Part shown: positions 25,200 to 34,903 of the stretch, in pieces
How the letters are laid out: every line of letters starts with the position of its first letter
How positions within the stretch are numbered: the stretch's first letter is position 1
NCBI GenBank assembly: GCA_021777565.1
Contig: JAJYDJ010000005.1
Coordinates: 30,400-94,399 of the forward strand
DNA length: 64,000 nt
Direction of reading: 5' to 3'
From: a bacterium
GTDB taxonomy: Bacteria; Patescibacteriota; Microgenomatia; Levybacterales; UBA12049
The notes under the pieces: generated by a model
Told to the model about the DNA's origin: nothing
The model's input: only the letters and a program-made list of their open reading frames with translations
Database searches by the model: none
Translations under genes and position numbers: made by a program

Positions 25200-28133
25200 T
25201 TAGGTGAGACGCGCTACCGAGACCACATCACCTTTGGTGAGCACCTCAACATTTGCACTTTTCTTGATATATGCTTCATATTGTTCTGGCCATTCTGGCA
25301 ACGTAACCTGTACTTTTTCTGATACACTCGTGCCAAGTTTTTTTCTTTCATCTTGAATTTGGCGGATGAGTTCACGCGCTTGACCTTCAGCCATAAGCTC
25401 TGGGGTCAGTGTGGTATCAAGTACGCCTGATAACTCACCTTCACCAGTTTCAAAAACGACAGATTTCACATTGAGCTCATCTTTCATAAGCTGCAACAGC
25501 CCTTCATCAGTGATCGCTGATGTTGCATGCTGCACCGTGAACTTTGCGAGTGGCTGTCTCACCTTGAGTTGCTGCTCCTTGCGAAGGGATAATCCAATCT
25601 CAACCACACGGCGAACGATCTTCATGTCCTCAAGTAATGCAGTGTCAATCTCTCCTGCCACTGGCCAGTTAGCCAAATGAACCGACTCTTCACCAGTAAG
25701 ATTGGTATAAATCTCATCTGATAAAAATGGGGTAAATGGCGCCATCAACTTCATTAAAGTGACGAGCACGAAATGAAGTGTTTGGTAGCAGGCTTTCTTG
25801 TCATCACTGTCCTCAACGGTTGGGCCGATACGATCACGAGAGCGTCTGACATACCAGAGAGAAAGATCGTTCACAAAACTGTCGATAGAAAGAGACGCTT
25901 TCTGTGCACTTGCACTCTCTAGACCCTCGGTTGCGATACGGATCGTCTCATTCAGGCGGGCAAGGATCCATTGATCAAGGACATTCTGGCTCTCCACTTT
26001 GGCCTCAGTTGGAGTCCAATTATCACCATTGGCATTTAAAACAAAGAAGTTATAGATATTCCAGAGCATCAGGTGGAATTGACGTCGTACTTCATCGCCA
26101 CGATGCGCTCCAAAACGTAGATTTTGCTCTACATCAGCGGTCGCATACATCCAGCGCATCACGTCAGCACCAATGGCATCGGCAGCTTCATTAAATTCAA
26201 TTGAGTTGCCCCATGACTTATGCATCGGACGACCATCTTCACCCACGACTGAGGCGTATCCAAGAATTTTTTTGAAAGGATTACGTTTTTCAAGGGCGGT
26301 AGACATAGCGATAAGCGCATAGAACCAGTTCTTGAACTGCCCTGGGAAAGACTCAGTAATGAAATCTGCAGGATACCACTGACTCCAGTACTTTTTGTCT
26401 GTCGTATAACTAAGCTTGCCTGTTTCTGGATTTAGTAGGGTAGAGAAGGGGACAATACCAGCATCAAGCCATGGGTTACCGACGTCATCAGTTCGTGTCA
26501 TGACTCCCCCACACTCACAGGAAATTTTTACCATATCAATATATGGCTTATGTGGTGAATGACCATCAAAAGATTCCCATCCTTCTACCGCTTTTTCTTG
26601 TAACTCCTCTTTACTGCCGATCACAGTAAACTTTCCACACTTTTCACAGGTATAAATTGGCAATGCCAGACCCCAATAGCGATTTTTCTTGGAAATAAGC
26701 CAATCGTGCATATTGGTAAGCCAGTCCAGTTCTCGATCAAGAGCAAAAGATGGATTCCAATCAATCATCTTGGCACTATCAATCATTTGTTCACGGAAGG
26801 TCTTTGTGCCATCCTTCTCAACAATATCCATGCCTATATACCACTCTTCTGCCACTTTCCAGACAAGCTCAGTCTTACAACGCCAGCAGCAAGGATAACG
26901 ATGTTTGTAGGGTTCGATTGAGAAAATCCAGTTCTCCCCTTTTTCTTCTTTTGCTTTGAGTGCATCAAAAATAATCTCAGGATGTTTTTTAGCATTTTGG
27001 CCGGTAAAATCGTCCAATCCCTCCAGATATGAGGCATCATCAGCGATAATTGGGATCATTGGAAGTCCCAATTTCTTACCTAATTTAAAATCTTCAGTTC
27101 CTGCAGAGACGGCAGTGTGTACCAACCCTGTACCTTCTGTCGTTGAGATTGGCATGATGAGATTATCTGTTGGGACAACATGATGAAAAGTGTCAAGATT
27201 ATTCTTGGCAACGTCTGCGACAACCGGAAGGCTGTCAAAGGGACCGGTATAGGTAAGTCCCACGAGCTCACTCCCCTTGACTGTTTTGATGACTTTAACA
27301 TCTGACTTAAAGACTGGCTCAACTCTCTCTTTGACAATCCAATATCTGTCCCCTGTTGATCCTTCAACCAGTGCATAATCTAAATCTTTATCCACTGCCA
27401 CGGCGATATTGGCTGGGATGGTCCAAGGCGTTGTTGTCCAGACCAAAAGATATTCTTTTTCTCGCCCAACAATTGGAAATTCAATAAAAATTGAGTCATG
27501 CACCAGCTCTTTATAATCCTCGGTAAGCATTTCGTGCTGAGAAATTGCTGTCTGACAACGAGGACACCAAGGGACACTTTCATTCCCTTTATACATCCAG
27601 CCTTTCTCAAAGACGACTTTCAAGAAATACCAAATCATGTAGTTATTTTCATCAGACATGGTGAAGTATGAATGGTCCCAATTCATGAAGTTCCCCAGAC
27701 GCTTGGTTTGATCAGTCTGAATGCCACTGTATTTGCGTACTCGCTCTTTACACATCTCCACAAATTTTGCGATCGATGCGACGGTATCTCCTGGGACAAG
27801 ATTTTCGATATCTTGTTTATTTTTTATTCCAAGTTCTTTTTCTACTTCTACTTCTACCCACAGACCTTGGCAATCAAACCCATTTTGGAAGCGCTCTTTA
27901 TACCCACGCATGTTCCAAAAACGCTGCCACAAATCTTTATACGTTCTTCCCCAGGCATGATGCACACCCATAGGATTATTTGCCGTGATTGGCCCATCGA
28001 TAAAGGAAAATCTCTTTTCAGAAGCGTCGTTGCGATGAAGATATTTTTCCACAATTCCGTCAGTATACCAATGAGCAAGAAGAGCTCTTTCCATTTCAGG
28101 GAAATTTACACGGGGATCAACATTCTTAAACAT
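25200..28133 (-). CDS. ileS: Isoleucyl-tRNA synthetase
   Basis: Class I catalytic core (PITANNPMGVHHAWGRT, KSWGNS KMSKS-like), editing CP1 domain, 977 aa from MFKNVDPRVNFPEMERALLAHW. Confidence 0.9.
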   Translation of the reverse strand: MFKNVDPRVNFPEMERALLAHWYTDGIVEKYLHRNDASEKRFSFIDGPITANNPMGVHHAWGRTYKDLWQRFWNMRGYKERFQNGFDCQGLWVEVEVEKELGIKNKQDIENLVPGDTVASIAKFVEMCKERVRKYSGIQTDQTKRLGNFMNWDHSYFTMSDENNYMIWYFLKVVFEKGWMYKGNESVPWCPRCQTAISQHEMLTEDYKELVHDSIFIEFPIVGREKEYLLVWTTTPWTIPANIAVAVDKDLDYALVEGSTGDRYWIVKERVEPVFKSDVKVIKTVKGSELVGLTYTGPFDSLPVVADVAKNNLDTFHHVVPTDNLIMPISTTEGTGLVHTAVSAGTEDFKLGKKLGLPMIPIIADDASYLEGLDDFTGQNAKKHPEIIFDALKAKEEKGENWIFSIEPYKHRYPCCWRCKTELVWKVAEEWYIGMDIVEKDGTKTFREQMIDSAKMIDWNPSFALDRELDWLTNMHDWLISKKNRYWGLALPIYTCEKCGKFTVIGSKEELQEKAVEGWESFDGHSPHKPYIDMVKISCECGGVMTRTDDVGNPWLDAGIVPFSTLLNPETGKLSYTTDKKYWSQWYPADFITESFPGQFKNWFYALIAMSTALEKRNPFKKILGYASVVGEDGRPMHKSWGNSIEFNEAADAIGADVMRWMYATADVEQNLRFGAHRGDEVRRQFHLMLWNIYNFFVLNANGDNWTPTEAKVESQNVLDQWILARLNETIRIATEGLESASAQKASLSIDSFVNDLSLWYVRRSRDRIGPTVEDSDDKKACYQTLHFVLVTLMKLMAPFTPFLSDEIYTNLTGEESVHLANWPVAGEIDTALLEDMKIVRRVVEIGLSLRKEQQLKVRQPLAKFTVQHATSAITDEGLLQLMKDELNVKSVVFETGEGELSGVLDTTLTPELMAEGQARELIRQIQDERKKLGTSVSEKVQVTLPEWPEQYEAYIKKSANVEVLTKGDVVSVARLT

Positions 28134-28184
28134 GCTGTTATTGTAACGTAATTTGTCTTCAGGCACAAGAATATTCAGGAGAGA

Positions 28185-29354
28185 TTAGAATGAAATAGAC
28201 TCTAAGATTTTTGTCCAAGCTGCCTGCTGGGTAGAGACAACTGTCCCGTCCTCCGCAGACACATAAACAGTTTTCGCAAATCCCATAGGGATGAGTCCAA
28301 GGATTCTTTTCTCTGCGATTCCGCTTACAGCAAAGACCGCTTGATTATTCAGTTGCGTAATCTGGGTTGATTGCAGAATTGCGCCATCACTTGCTGTTGA
28401 AGAGACAGTTGTCACTAGATTATCTTTGAGTACTTTTGCGATCGCTTCAGCAGGAAGAATAGTAAGCGTCTTGTCACCCGTAGACGTTGTTACGATTACC
28501 TTTTTTGTAGCTACATCAACTGAGACAGGAAGCTCTGATTGGGCTTGGATAGATCCTTGTTGAATTGCCACACCACTCCCCGCTTTGCTACTCGTTAATG
28601 AAATACCCGTGCTCCCCAATGACTTGTTTAACGACTCTAATGCATTTTGCTGGAGCTGTACTTCCGTACCATCAGTCTTTTTGACATGCACTGCTATGGA
28701 TCCATCATCTTCTCGCTTAATCTGTACTTGACCAGTTGGGGTCTGGAGATTTAGCTCTGCTTTACTCCCTTCTGTCTGGACTTCTACCTTACTCTGTTGT
28801 TTTGGAGCTTCAGTTGGTTCAGGAGCACTCGTTGGCTCAGGAGTATTGTCACTACTCCCTGACTTTGACTGTTGTAACTGAGTAAATGTAAAATTTGTGT
28901 TACCCCACTTAGAATTAAATTCCTGACAAGACTGGAAATCAGTCGTAAAGTGCTTTTGATCTGGCCCAACACAATCAACAAGGGTACTGTCTTCTGGTTT
29001 CTGCCCACTCCCTGCTTGTTGAGGTTGACTTTGCTGGCCACCATCACTGGATCCAGTGGTGGCTGGGCTAGATTCTGGCTGACTTGAGGATGAAGGCTGT
29101 GAACTTTGTTGCTGATCTTGCTGTTGAGGTTGTTGTTGCTGCTGATCACCTGTATCTTGAGTGTCTTGAGTATCAGCTGCGAGAACAGCTTCCGTGCCAA
29201 CCACCCGGAACTTATCCGCTGCTTTCACAGATACTATGGTGACAAGCAGAAGTACACTTACACTAACAATACCAATCATATATGTATACTTATTTTGGGA
29301 TTTTTTTATTTTATGAGTATGCAGTTTTGGACTAGATTTGTGGGTTTTTCTCAT
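28185..29354 (-). CDS. Membrane-anchored protein with a Gln/Ser-rich disordered linker and a C-terminal domain of about 200 aa. Lies between ftsZ and ileS
   Basis: One TM (MIGIVSVSVLLLVTIVSV), low-complexity GDQQQQQPQQQDQQQSSQPSSSSQ (a CAG/CAA-rich run), then a beta-rich C-terminal region. No coiled coil of the DivIVA or SepF kind. Confidence 0.5.
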   Translation of the reverse strand: MRKTHKSSPKLHTHKIKKSQNKYTYMIGIVSVSVLLLVTIVSVKAADKFRVVGTEAVLAADTQDTQDTGDQQQQQPQQQDQQQSSQPSSSSQPESSPATTGSSDGGQQSQPQQAGSGQKPEDSTLVDCVGPDQKHFTTDFQSCQEFNSKWGNTNFTFTQLQQSKSGSSDNTPEPTSAPEPTEAPKQQSKVEVQTEGSKAELNLQTPTGQVQIKREDDGSIAVHVKKTDGTEVQLQQNALESLNKSLGSTGISLTSSKAGSGVAIQQGSIQAQSELPVSVDVATKKVIVTTSTGDKTLTILPAEAIAKVLKDNLVTTVSSTASDGAILQSTQITQLNNQAVFAVSGIAEKRILGLIPMGFAKTVYVSAEDGTVVSTQQAAWTKILESISF

Positions 29355-29401
29355 CTCTTTTTCAGTATACCAAGTGACAGAGACGGCTTGTCAAGAAGCG
29401 A

Positions 29402-30571
29402 CTAGTTCCTATTACGAAGGAATGCGGGGATATCAAATACTGACTCATCTGTTGGTTCTTCCTCATTCTCTGTCTGGTCTTGCACTGGCGTTTGTGACTG
29501 TGGTTGTGGTTGAGGTGTGATAATCGTCGTCTGAGGTTTTAACGGCTGTTGAATATTGTTCACAATCGTCGTGGTACGAGGTTGAGGCATGATGTATTGT
29601 TGTAGACGTGCTCGATTGGTATCAAATCCAGTCGCGATAACGGTAATCTTGATCTGTCCCTCAAGTCTTTCATCAATCGTAGTACCAAAAATAATGTTGG
29701 CATCAGGATCAGCAGCCTGTGCGATGATACGAGAGGCAGCGTCAACTTCACTCATGGAAAGATCCATACCACCAGTGATGTTATAGAGAACTCCACGTGC
29801 TCCCTCCATAGAGATTTCCAGAAGTGGAGATGCCACAGCGGCCTGTGCAGCAATTTGTGCACGATCTGGTCCACTCCCCGCTCCAATTCCCATTAATGCA
29901 GAACCAGCGTTGGTCATAATAGAGCGTACATCAGCAAAGTCGATATTGATAAGCCCAGGTCTGGTAATAAGATCAGAGATACCTTGTACACCTTGAGAGA
30001 GTACTGAGTTAGCAATTCTGAAGGCATCTTTTAGAGACGTTTTCTTGTCTACCACATCTAAAATACGTTGATTTGGAATAACGATGAGTGTATCAACTTT
30101 ATCTTTGAGTTTTTCAATTCCATCTTCAGCATTCACGGCTCGCCGTGCACCTTCAAACGTAAATGGTTTAGTCACGACAGAGATGGTCAGTGCACCAACT
30201 TCTTTTGCAATTCGTGCTACAACTGGTGCGGCACCCGTTCCAGTACCACCACCCATACCGGCAGCGATAAAGACCATATCACTTCCAGAGAGGGCATCAC
30301 GAATCTTTTCGACGGATTCTTCTGCTGCTTCTTCACCTGTCTGAGGGATACCACCACTTCCCAGTCCATTGGTAAGTTTTTCGCCGATTTGAAGCTTAGT
30401 TGCAGAAGGTTGCGCGTTGAGAAGTGCCTGGGCATCGGTATTAATGACTATAAAATCAACACCTTGAATATCACTTTCGGTGATCATGTCGTTGATAGCA
30501 TTGCCACCACCGCCACCGACACCAACAACTCGAATCTTCGCGAAGTTTGAATTTTGGGGCTTTACGAACAT
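29402..30571 (-). CDS. ftsZ: Cell division GTPase FtsZ
   Basis: [13 protein letters not shown], tubulin signature [13 protein letters not shown], Pro/Gln-rich linker and a conserved C-terminal peptide ([10 protein letters not shown]). Confidence 0.9.
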   Translation of the reverse strand: MFVKPQNSNFAKIRVVGVGGGGGNAINDMITESDIQGVDFIVINTDAQALLNAQPSATKLQIGEKLTNGLGSGGIPQTGEEAAEESVEKIRDALSGSDMVFIAAGMGGGTGTGAAPVVARIAKEVGALTISVVTKPFTFEGARRAVNAEDGIEKLKDKVDTLIVIPNQRILDVVDKKTSLKDAFRIANSVLSQGVQGISDLITRPGLINIDFADVRSIMTNAGSALMGIGAGSGPDRAQIAAQAAVASPLLEISMEGARGVLYNITGGMDLSMSEVDAASRIIAQAADPDANIIFGTTIDERLEGQIKITVIATGFDTNRARLQQYIMPQPRTTTIVNNIQQPLKPQTTIITPQPQPQSQTPVQDQTENEEEPTDESVFDIPAFLRNRN

Positions 30572-30625
30572 AGCACCATACTAGCAATGTCGAATATTTT
30601 TTGCAAGAGCACAAATTAGGACAAG

Positions 30626-31111
30626 TTATTCCTGAGGGCCTGAATGTTCAATATATTCAATAGGACCAACCGAGTCTAAAATCTTTTTATTACTTGCAGT
30701 AATCGATTGGGTTAATTCTCCATTCTTTTTATTTATTTCATCACTAATCAAATAGGTATCCTGAAGGTACTTATCAATTCGCATGGCAAGCGCTTTCATA
30801 AAGAGTAACTTCTCTAGAGAAACAACAAAATAGGTATCCTCTTCAACTGCTCCTTCTCTGTAAAAATCATAGCCATGATATCGAATCGTTTTCCATATTT
30901 CAAAATTTTCCGGACAGACACCAAAATCTCCCCAGATATCTTTCACGCGAGTTGGGTACAACTTGATCAGTGCTGTTAAGTCTTCTTCTGTAACAATAAG
31001 GTCAATATCATCCCCTGCCTTACGCAGTCCATAATATTCCATAGCACGCCCTCCCACCAAGATTGGCTTACTTTTGAAAGAATACGATAATTTTTCTAAT
31101 TGGATATCCAT
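30626..31111 (-). CDS. Minimal nucleotidyltransferase-fold protein, Lnu(A)/LinA-like (161 aa)
   Basis: LVGGRAMEYYGLRKAGDDIDLIV parallels the DGGWGVD...REHRDIDIDF core of lincosamide nucleotidyltransferase Lnu(A) as I recall it. The length is identical at 161 aa. Confidence 0.4.
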   Translation of the reverse strand: MDIQLEKLSYSFKSKPILVGGRAMEYYGLRKAGDDIDLIVTEEDLTALIKLYPTRVKDIWGDFGVCPENFEIWKTIRYHGYDFYREGAVEEDTYFVVSLEKLLFMKALAMRIDKYLQDTYLISDEINKKNGELTQSITASNKKILDSVGPIEYIEHSGPQE

Positions 31112-31133
31112 CTGTCATAATTATAGTGATTTT

Positions 31134-31427
31134 ATGAAAAATATTCACCAAGTATCACGCATGCAAGGTGTCATAGGGCTTATTGGGAAGAAAGAACCTG
31201 AATCCATATATCTGCAGACACGGTGGGGCATCCATACGTTCTTTATGCGATTTCCTATCGATGTCGTTATTCTTGACGATGAGTATCATATCGCAGCCAT
31301 GAAAGAACACCTTGTCCCCTGGAGAATTTTTATATGGAACCCACGATATCGACACGTGGTGGAATTACCAGATAAAACAATTAAAGCAAACAAATGGACT
31401 ATCGGAGATACTATTACACTTCACTAA
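31134..31427 (+). CDS. DUF192 (COG1430) family protein
   Basis: WGIHTFFMRFPIDVVILDDEYHI...RIFIWNPRYRHVVELP matches the DUF192 signature. Start taken at MKNIHQ (31134). Its 3-prime end overlaps the convergent ABC-F stop. Confidence 0.5.
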   Translation: MKNIHQVSRMQGVIGLIGKKEPESIYLQTRWGIHTFFMRFPIDVVILDDEYHIAAMKEHLVPWRIFIWNPRYRHVVELPDKTIKANKWTIGDTITLH

Positions 31428-32895
31428 CACGATCCAGAAGTTCTGGGACAAAATCAATAAATTTATTTTCTGGCAGCAAAAGTGCTTTGTCAGGAGTAAG
31501 CTCTCTGACAAAATCTTCTGTGTGACTGACCATAAGAATACTACCGGTATACTTTTTCAGTGCTTCCAAAATAATGCGCTGAGACAGAACATCAAGATAC
31601 GTCGTTGGTTCATCAAGAATCAGCACGTTATAGTCCTCCAGAAGGAGAAGCGCCATCGCAAGTCTCGTTTTCTCTCCACCTGAAAGAGACTCAACTTTTT
31701 GATACACTTTATTTCCAGCGAAAAGAAATCCTGCAAGAAAACTTCTAATTTTTTCTTCTCGCATGGCATGATGCTCCTCGACTGTTTCAATAAGTGTTTT
31801 ATTTAAGTCAAATGTTTCAAATTCTTGTGAATAGTACCCAATTTTTATTTTTGGATCATATAACACTTCTCCTTCATCTGGTGAAAGTCGTCCAACCACA
31901 ATCTTTAAGAGCGTACTCTTTCCAGCACCGTTGTACCCAATAAGAGCAATTCTCTGGCCTCGAAAAAGTGGGAAGGTGACATCTGATAACACAGTGTTAT
32001 CTCCATAGGATTTCCCAATGCCAACTACTTTTAACGGCATTTCACCTATCCAGAGTGGTTCGGGGAGTGTATAGCTAAATCGCTTTAACTCTTGTGGCAT
32101 GTCTGGCAAGTTCGCTTTCAGCTTTTCAATACGTCTTTTCAGAACTGTTCTTTGTCTGACTCCTTTTTTGGAGGTAAATCGTTGCATGCGCACGAGTCCC
32201 CGCTCCATATGTTTGATGTGTTTTTGCTCATTGATAATTTCCCGTTTTAGTTGATCATCATGTTCTTTTTTAAGACGAATATAGGTACTATATGTTCCTT
32301 TATACTCCTCAATTTTGTGCGTTGTTGGATTGATCGCCAATACTTTATCGATAAAATGATCCATCAGATACAAATCATGTGAGACCAACAACAGTGTTTT
32401 TGGATAGGTACTGAGAAAATCCATAACCCACTGTTTACCAGCGACATCCATAAAATTGGTTGGCTCATCAAGGAGCAGGACATCTGGTTCTTCAATCAAT
32501 GCACGCGCAAGCGCAAGTTTGGTTTTTTGTCCACCACTTAAAGAGGATGGTTTTTGGTTAAGGTCAAGATGCTCCATTTCCAGTCCATGCAAAAACATCT
32601 GAAGTTCATATATTTCTTTTTTCTGCATAGGATCTACATATTCACGAACCGTATGACTCGCATCAAGAATAGGATCATGCTTAACTTCCTGTGGAACTAG
32701 GACGACTTTACCAGAATGAATAATTTCTCCTTCTCGTGGCTGTTCTTCTCCAAGAATAAGTTTAAAAAGAGTGGATTTACCTGCACCATTTGGTCCTACT
32801 AAACCTGCTTTAATATTTGATCCCACAGTAAAACGTGCCCCATCAAAGATAGGCTTATCACTATAGCTATAAACAATTCCTTTTGCTTGGATCAT
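31414..32895 (-). CDS. ABC-F family ATPase (two ABC domains, no TM domain) with a long basic inter-domain linker, i.e. ARE/ribosome-protection-like architecture
   Basis: Walker A GPNGAGKST and GYNGAGKST, signatures LSGGQKTKLALARAL and LSGGEKTRLAMALLL, a linker of about 80 aa (KREIINEQKHIKHMERGLVRMQRFTSKKGVRQRTVLKRRIEKLK...). Confidence 0.8.
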   Translation of the reverse strand: MIQAKGIVYSYSDKPIFDGARFTVGSNIKAGLVGPNGAGKSTLFKLILGEEQPREGEIIHSGKVVLVPQEVKHDPILDASHTVREYVDPMQKKEIYELQMFLHGLEMEHLDLNQKPSSLSGGQKTKLALARALIEEPDVLLLDEPTNFMDVAGKQWVMDFLSTYPKTLLLVSHDLYLMDHFIDKVLAINPTTHKIEEYKGTYSTYIRLKKEHDDQLKREIINEQKHIKHMERGLVRMQRFTSKKGVRQRTVLKRRIEKLKANLPDMPQELKRFSYTLPEPLWIGEMPLKVVGIGKSYGDNTVLSDVTFPLFRGQRIALIGYNGAGKSTLLKIVVGRLSPDEGEVLYDPKIKIGYYSQEFETFDLNKTLIETVEEHHAMREEKIRSFLAGFLFAGNKVYQKVESLSGGEKTRLAMALLLLEDYNVLILDEPTTYLDVLSQRIILEALKKYTGSILMVSHTEDFVRELTPDKALLLPENKFIDFVPELLDRVSEV

Positions 32896-32939
32896 GTATT
32901 TTCGATTATCCCTTACTGAAGGCAAAATTGCAAAAATGT

Positions 32940-34625
32940 TTATTCATTCACAGTTGGGAGAATATGCCAATAAGTAAAAATATCTTTGGCTATACTAAAA
33001 AAGATAGGGGCAGCGGTTTCTGCTCCATAAATGGAGGATGCCGGTTCATGTAAAATGACAAGCATCGTAAATTTTGGATCATCAGCAGGAGCGTAGCCAA
33101 TAAAAGAGGCAATAGTTCTTGGATCATTGTACCCCCCTGCCACCGCAACCGATGCAGTACCAGTCTTGCCTGCGATACGATACCCTTTTACACGGGCAAA
33201 ACTTGCCTCTCCTTTATTCACTGCATTTACCAGCATCTCCCGCATGACTTTTGTGGTAGTCGATGAGACACTTTGTCCAAGTTCTTTTGGTTGGATGTCA
33301 ATTGTCGTTCCATCTTCTTTTTGGATAGACGCAACTACTTGTGGCTCCATAATAATCCCATCATTTGCCAGAGAATTAAAGGCAGTAAGAAGCTGGATAG
33401 GAGTTACTGCTAGCCCTTGACCGAACCCTGCCGTTGCCAAGTCAACCGGATACCAGTTATTTTTATCGTGAATTTGCGCTTCTGCTTCACCTTGCAGATC
33501 AACACCGGTGAGTTGATCAAAGTGAAAGTCATGAAGCATAGAGAGCATACCATCTAGCTTCATTTTTTGAGCAACATACACCATGCCCGTATTATCTGAA
33601 TGCTGGATAACCTCAGTCATCGTGGTATTTGGAAAATACTTATCATCCCACGTGTGAATCGTTGCATCCCCTATCGTCACTGGACCACTACAGGTATCAC
33701 ACTGCGTCGAAGGCGTTACCAATCCATGGTCAATTGCCCAGGCCATAACCAATGGCTTGAAGGTAGAACCAGGTTCATACGTATCACTGACAAAAGGGTT
33801 ACGAAAACTCGCTGGATCAAAATCCCAGAAGTCACTTGGGTTAAAATTCGGAAAACTTGCCATCGCTAGAATTGCTCCCGTATGTGAATCCATAACAGCG
33901 GCAAGTCCTGAAGCTGCTCCATACTTTTCAACTCCACTAAGCAATTTTTGCTCAACATCGTACTGAATTGTTCTATCGATATGAAGTTGCAGCGTTCTGC
34001 CTGTTGTTTCATCGATATTGTCATCTGTTTTTGAGAGAATCGGCCTATTGAGCGCATCTTTGACAACTGTTGCCAGGACAGTGCGACCTTTGAGTTGTCT
34101 ATCATAGTATCCTTCAAGGCCAAAATAACCAGTATCAACCCCCGCGCTATCCTTCCCAACAAATCCTACCAGTTGCGCTGCCATAGAACCTTCTGGATAG
34201 AACCGTGTTGGGTTCTCATCAAACCCAACCCCTGCCAACTGAAGTTTATCTAATTGTTCTTTTTGTGCCTCTGGTAAATGCCAATCAAGTGGCACCCAGG
34301 CACTGGTCGTTGAGAGGCGTGCACTCACGGTCGCCAGTGAGACATCCAGTACCGTTGCTAACAGCTGCGACTCGACATCTTTATCTTTCATGTCCCCAGG
34401 TCTTGCAAAAAGGACATATGCCATTTTATTGGTTGCTAAGGGAAATCCATCAGAGGCAAGGATATCCCCTCGCTGGGGAGTAAGCCAGAAACTTGTTTGT
34501 GATTGGCTTTTGGCAAGTGCAACAAGTGTATCTGCTTTGAGAATTTGCCACTGGAACAATTTCAGATTGATAGCAAGAAAGCTTAAAAGGAAGAGGCTAA
34601 AGACGATGACAAACCGTTTGCTCAT
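32940..34625 (-). CDS. ftsI: Penicillin-binding protein, class B transpeptidase (FtsI/PBP2-type)
   Basis: N-terminal TM, dimerisation domain, transpeptidase motifs STFKP, HSDNTG, KTGTA. Confidence 0.85.
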   Translation of the reverse strand: MSKRFVIVFSLFLLSFLAINLKLFQWQILKADTLVALAKSQSQTSFWLTPQRGDILASDGFPLATNKMAYVLFARPGDMKDKDVESQLLATVLDVSLATVSARLSTTSAWVPLDWHLPEAQKEQLDKLQLAGVGFDENPTRFYPEGSMAAQLVGFVGKDSAGVDTGYFGLEGYYDRQLKGRTVLATVVKDALNRPILSKTDDNIDETTGRTLQLHIDRTIQYDVEQKLLSGVEKYGAASGLAAVMDSHTGAILAMASFPNFNPSDFWDFDPASFRNPFVSDTYEPGSTFKPLVMAWAIDHGLVTPSTQCDTCSGPVTIGDATIHTWDDKYFPNTTMTEVIQHSDNTGMVYVAQKMKLDGMLSMLHDFHFDQLTGVDLQGEAEAQIHDKNNWYPVDLATAGFGQGLAVTPIQLLTAFNSLANDGIIMEPQVVASIQKEDGTTIDIQPKELGQSVSSTTTKVMREMLVNAVNKGEASFARVKGYRIAGKTGTASVAVAGGYNDPRTIASFIGYAPADDPKFTMLVILHEPASSIYGAETAAPIFFSIAKDIFTYWHILPTVNE

Positions 34626-34903
34626 CGGGCATATGCTACAGGAATTGATGAGTCCACTGCAACTACTTTGCCATCAGGGACAAATCCAAGTGTTGCCGCT
34701 TCAGATGCAATTTCTGTGAGTGATGTGTCTGTGTAGAGCTGCTCTGCTAAAATCATATTCTGCTTTTGCAGTGTCTGAATCTGTGTCTCAAGCAGTCCAT
34801 AACTAATACCACTTGTTGAGAGAGAGCTTGCTACCGCAATCTTTGCAATCCCCATCACAACTGCTAAAACAATAGAACTAATAATAAGTATTCTCAGTTT
34901 CAT
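34622..34903 (-). CDS. ftsL: FtsL-like small bitopic division protein
   Basis: 93 aa, one TM plus a short coiled coil (LETQIQTLQKQNMILAEQL). Sits between rsmH and ftsI with ATGA overlaps on both sides. Confidence 0.5.
   Translation of the reverse strand: MKLRILIISSIVLAVVMGIAKIAVASSLSTSGISYGLLETQIQTLQKQNMILAEQLYTDTSLTEIASEAATLGFVPDGKVVAVDSSIPVAYAR

Noticed and set aside
29040-29160. CAG/CAA-rich repetitive DNA that looks like a tandem repeat
   Set aside because: It is the coding sequence of the polyQ/Ser low-complexity linker of the 389-aa protein. It is neither a CRISPR array nor a non-coding repeat.
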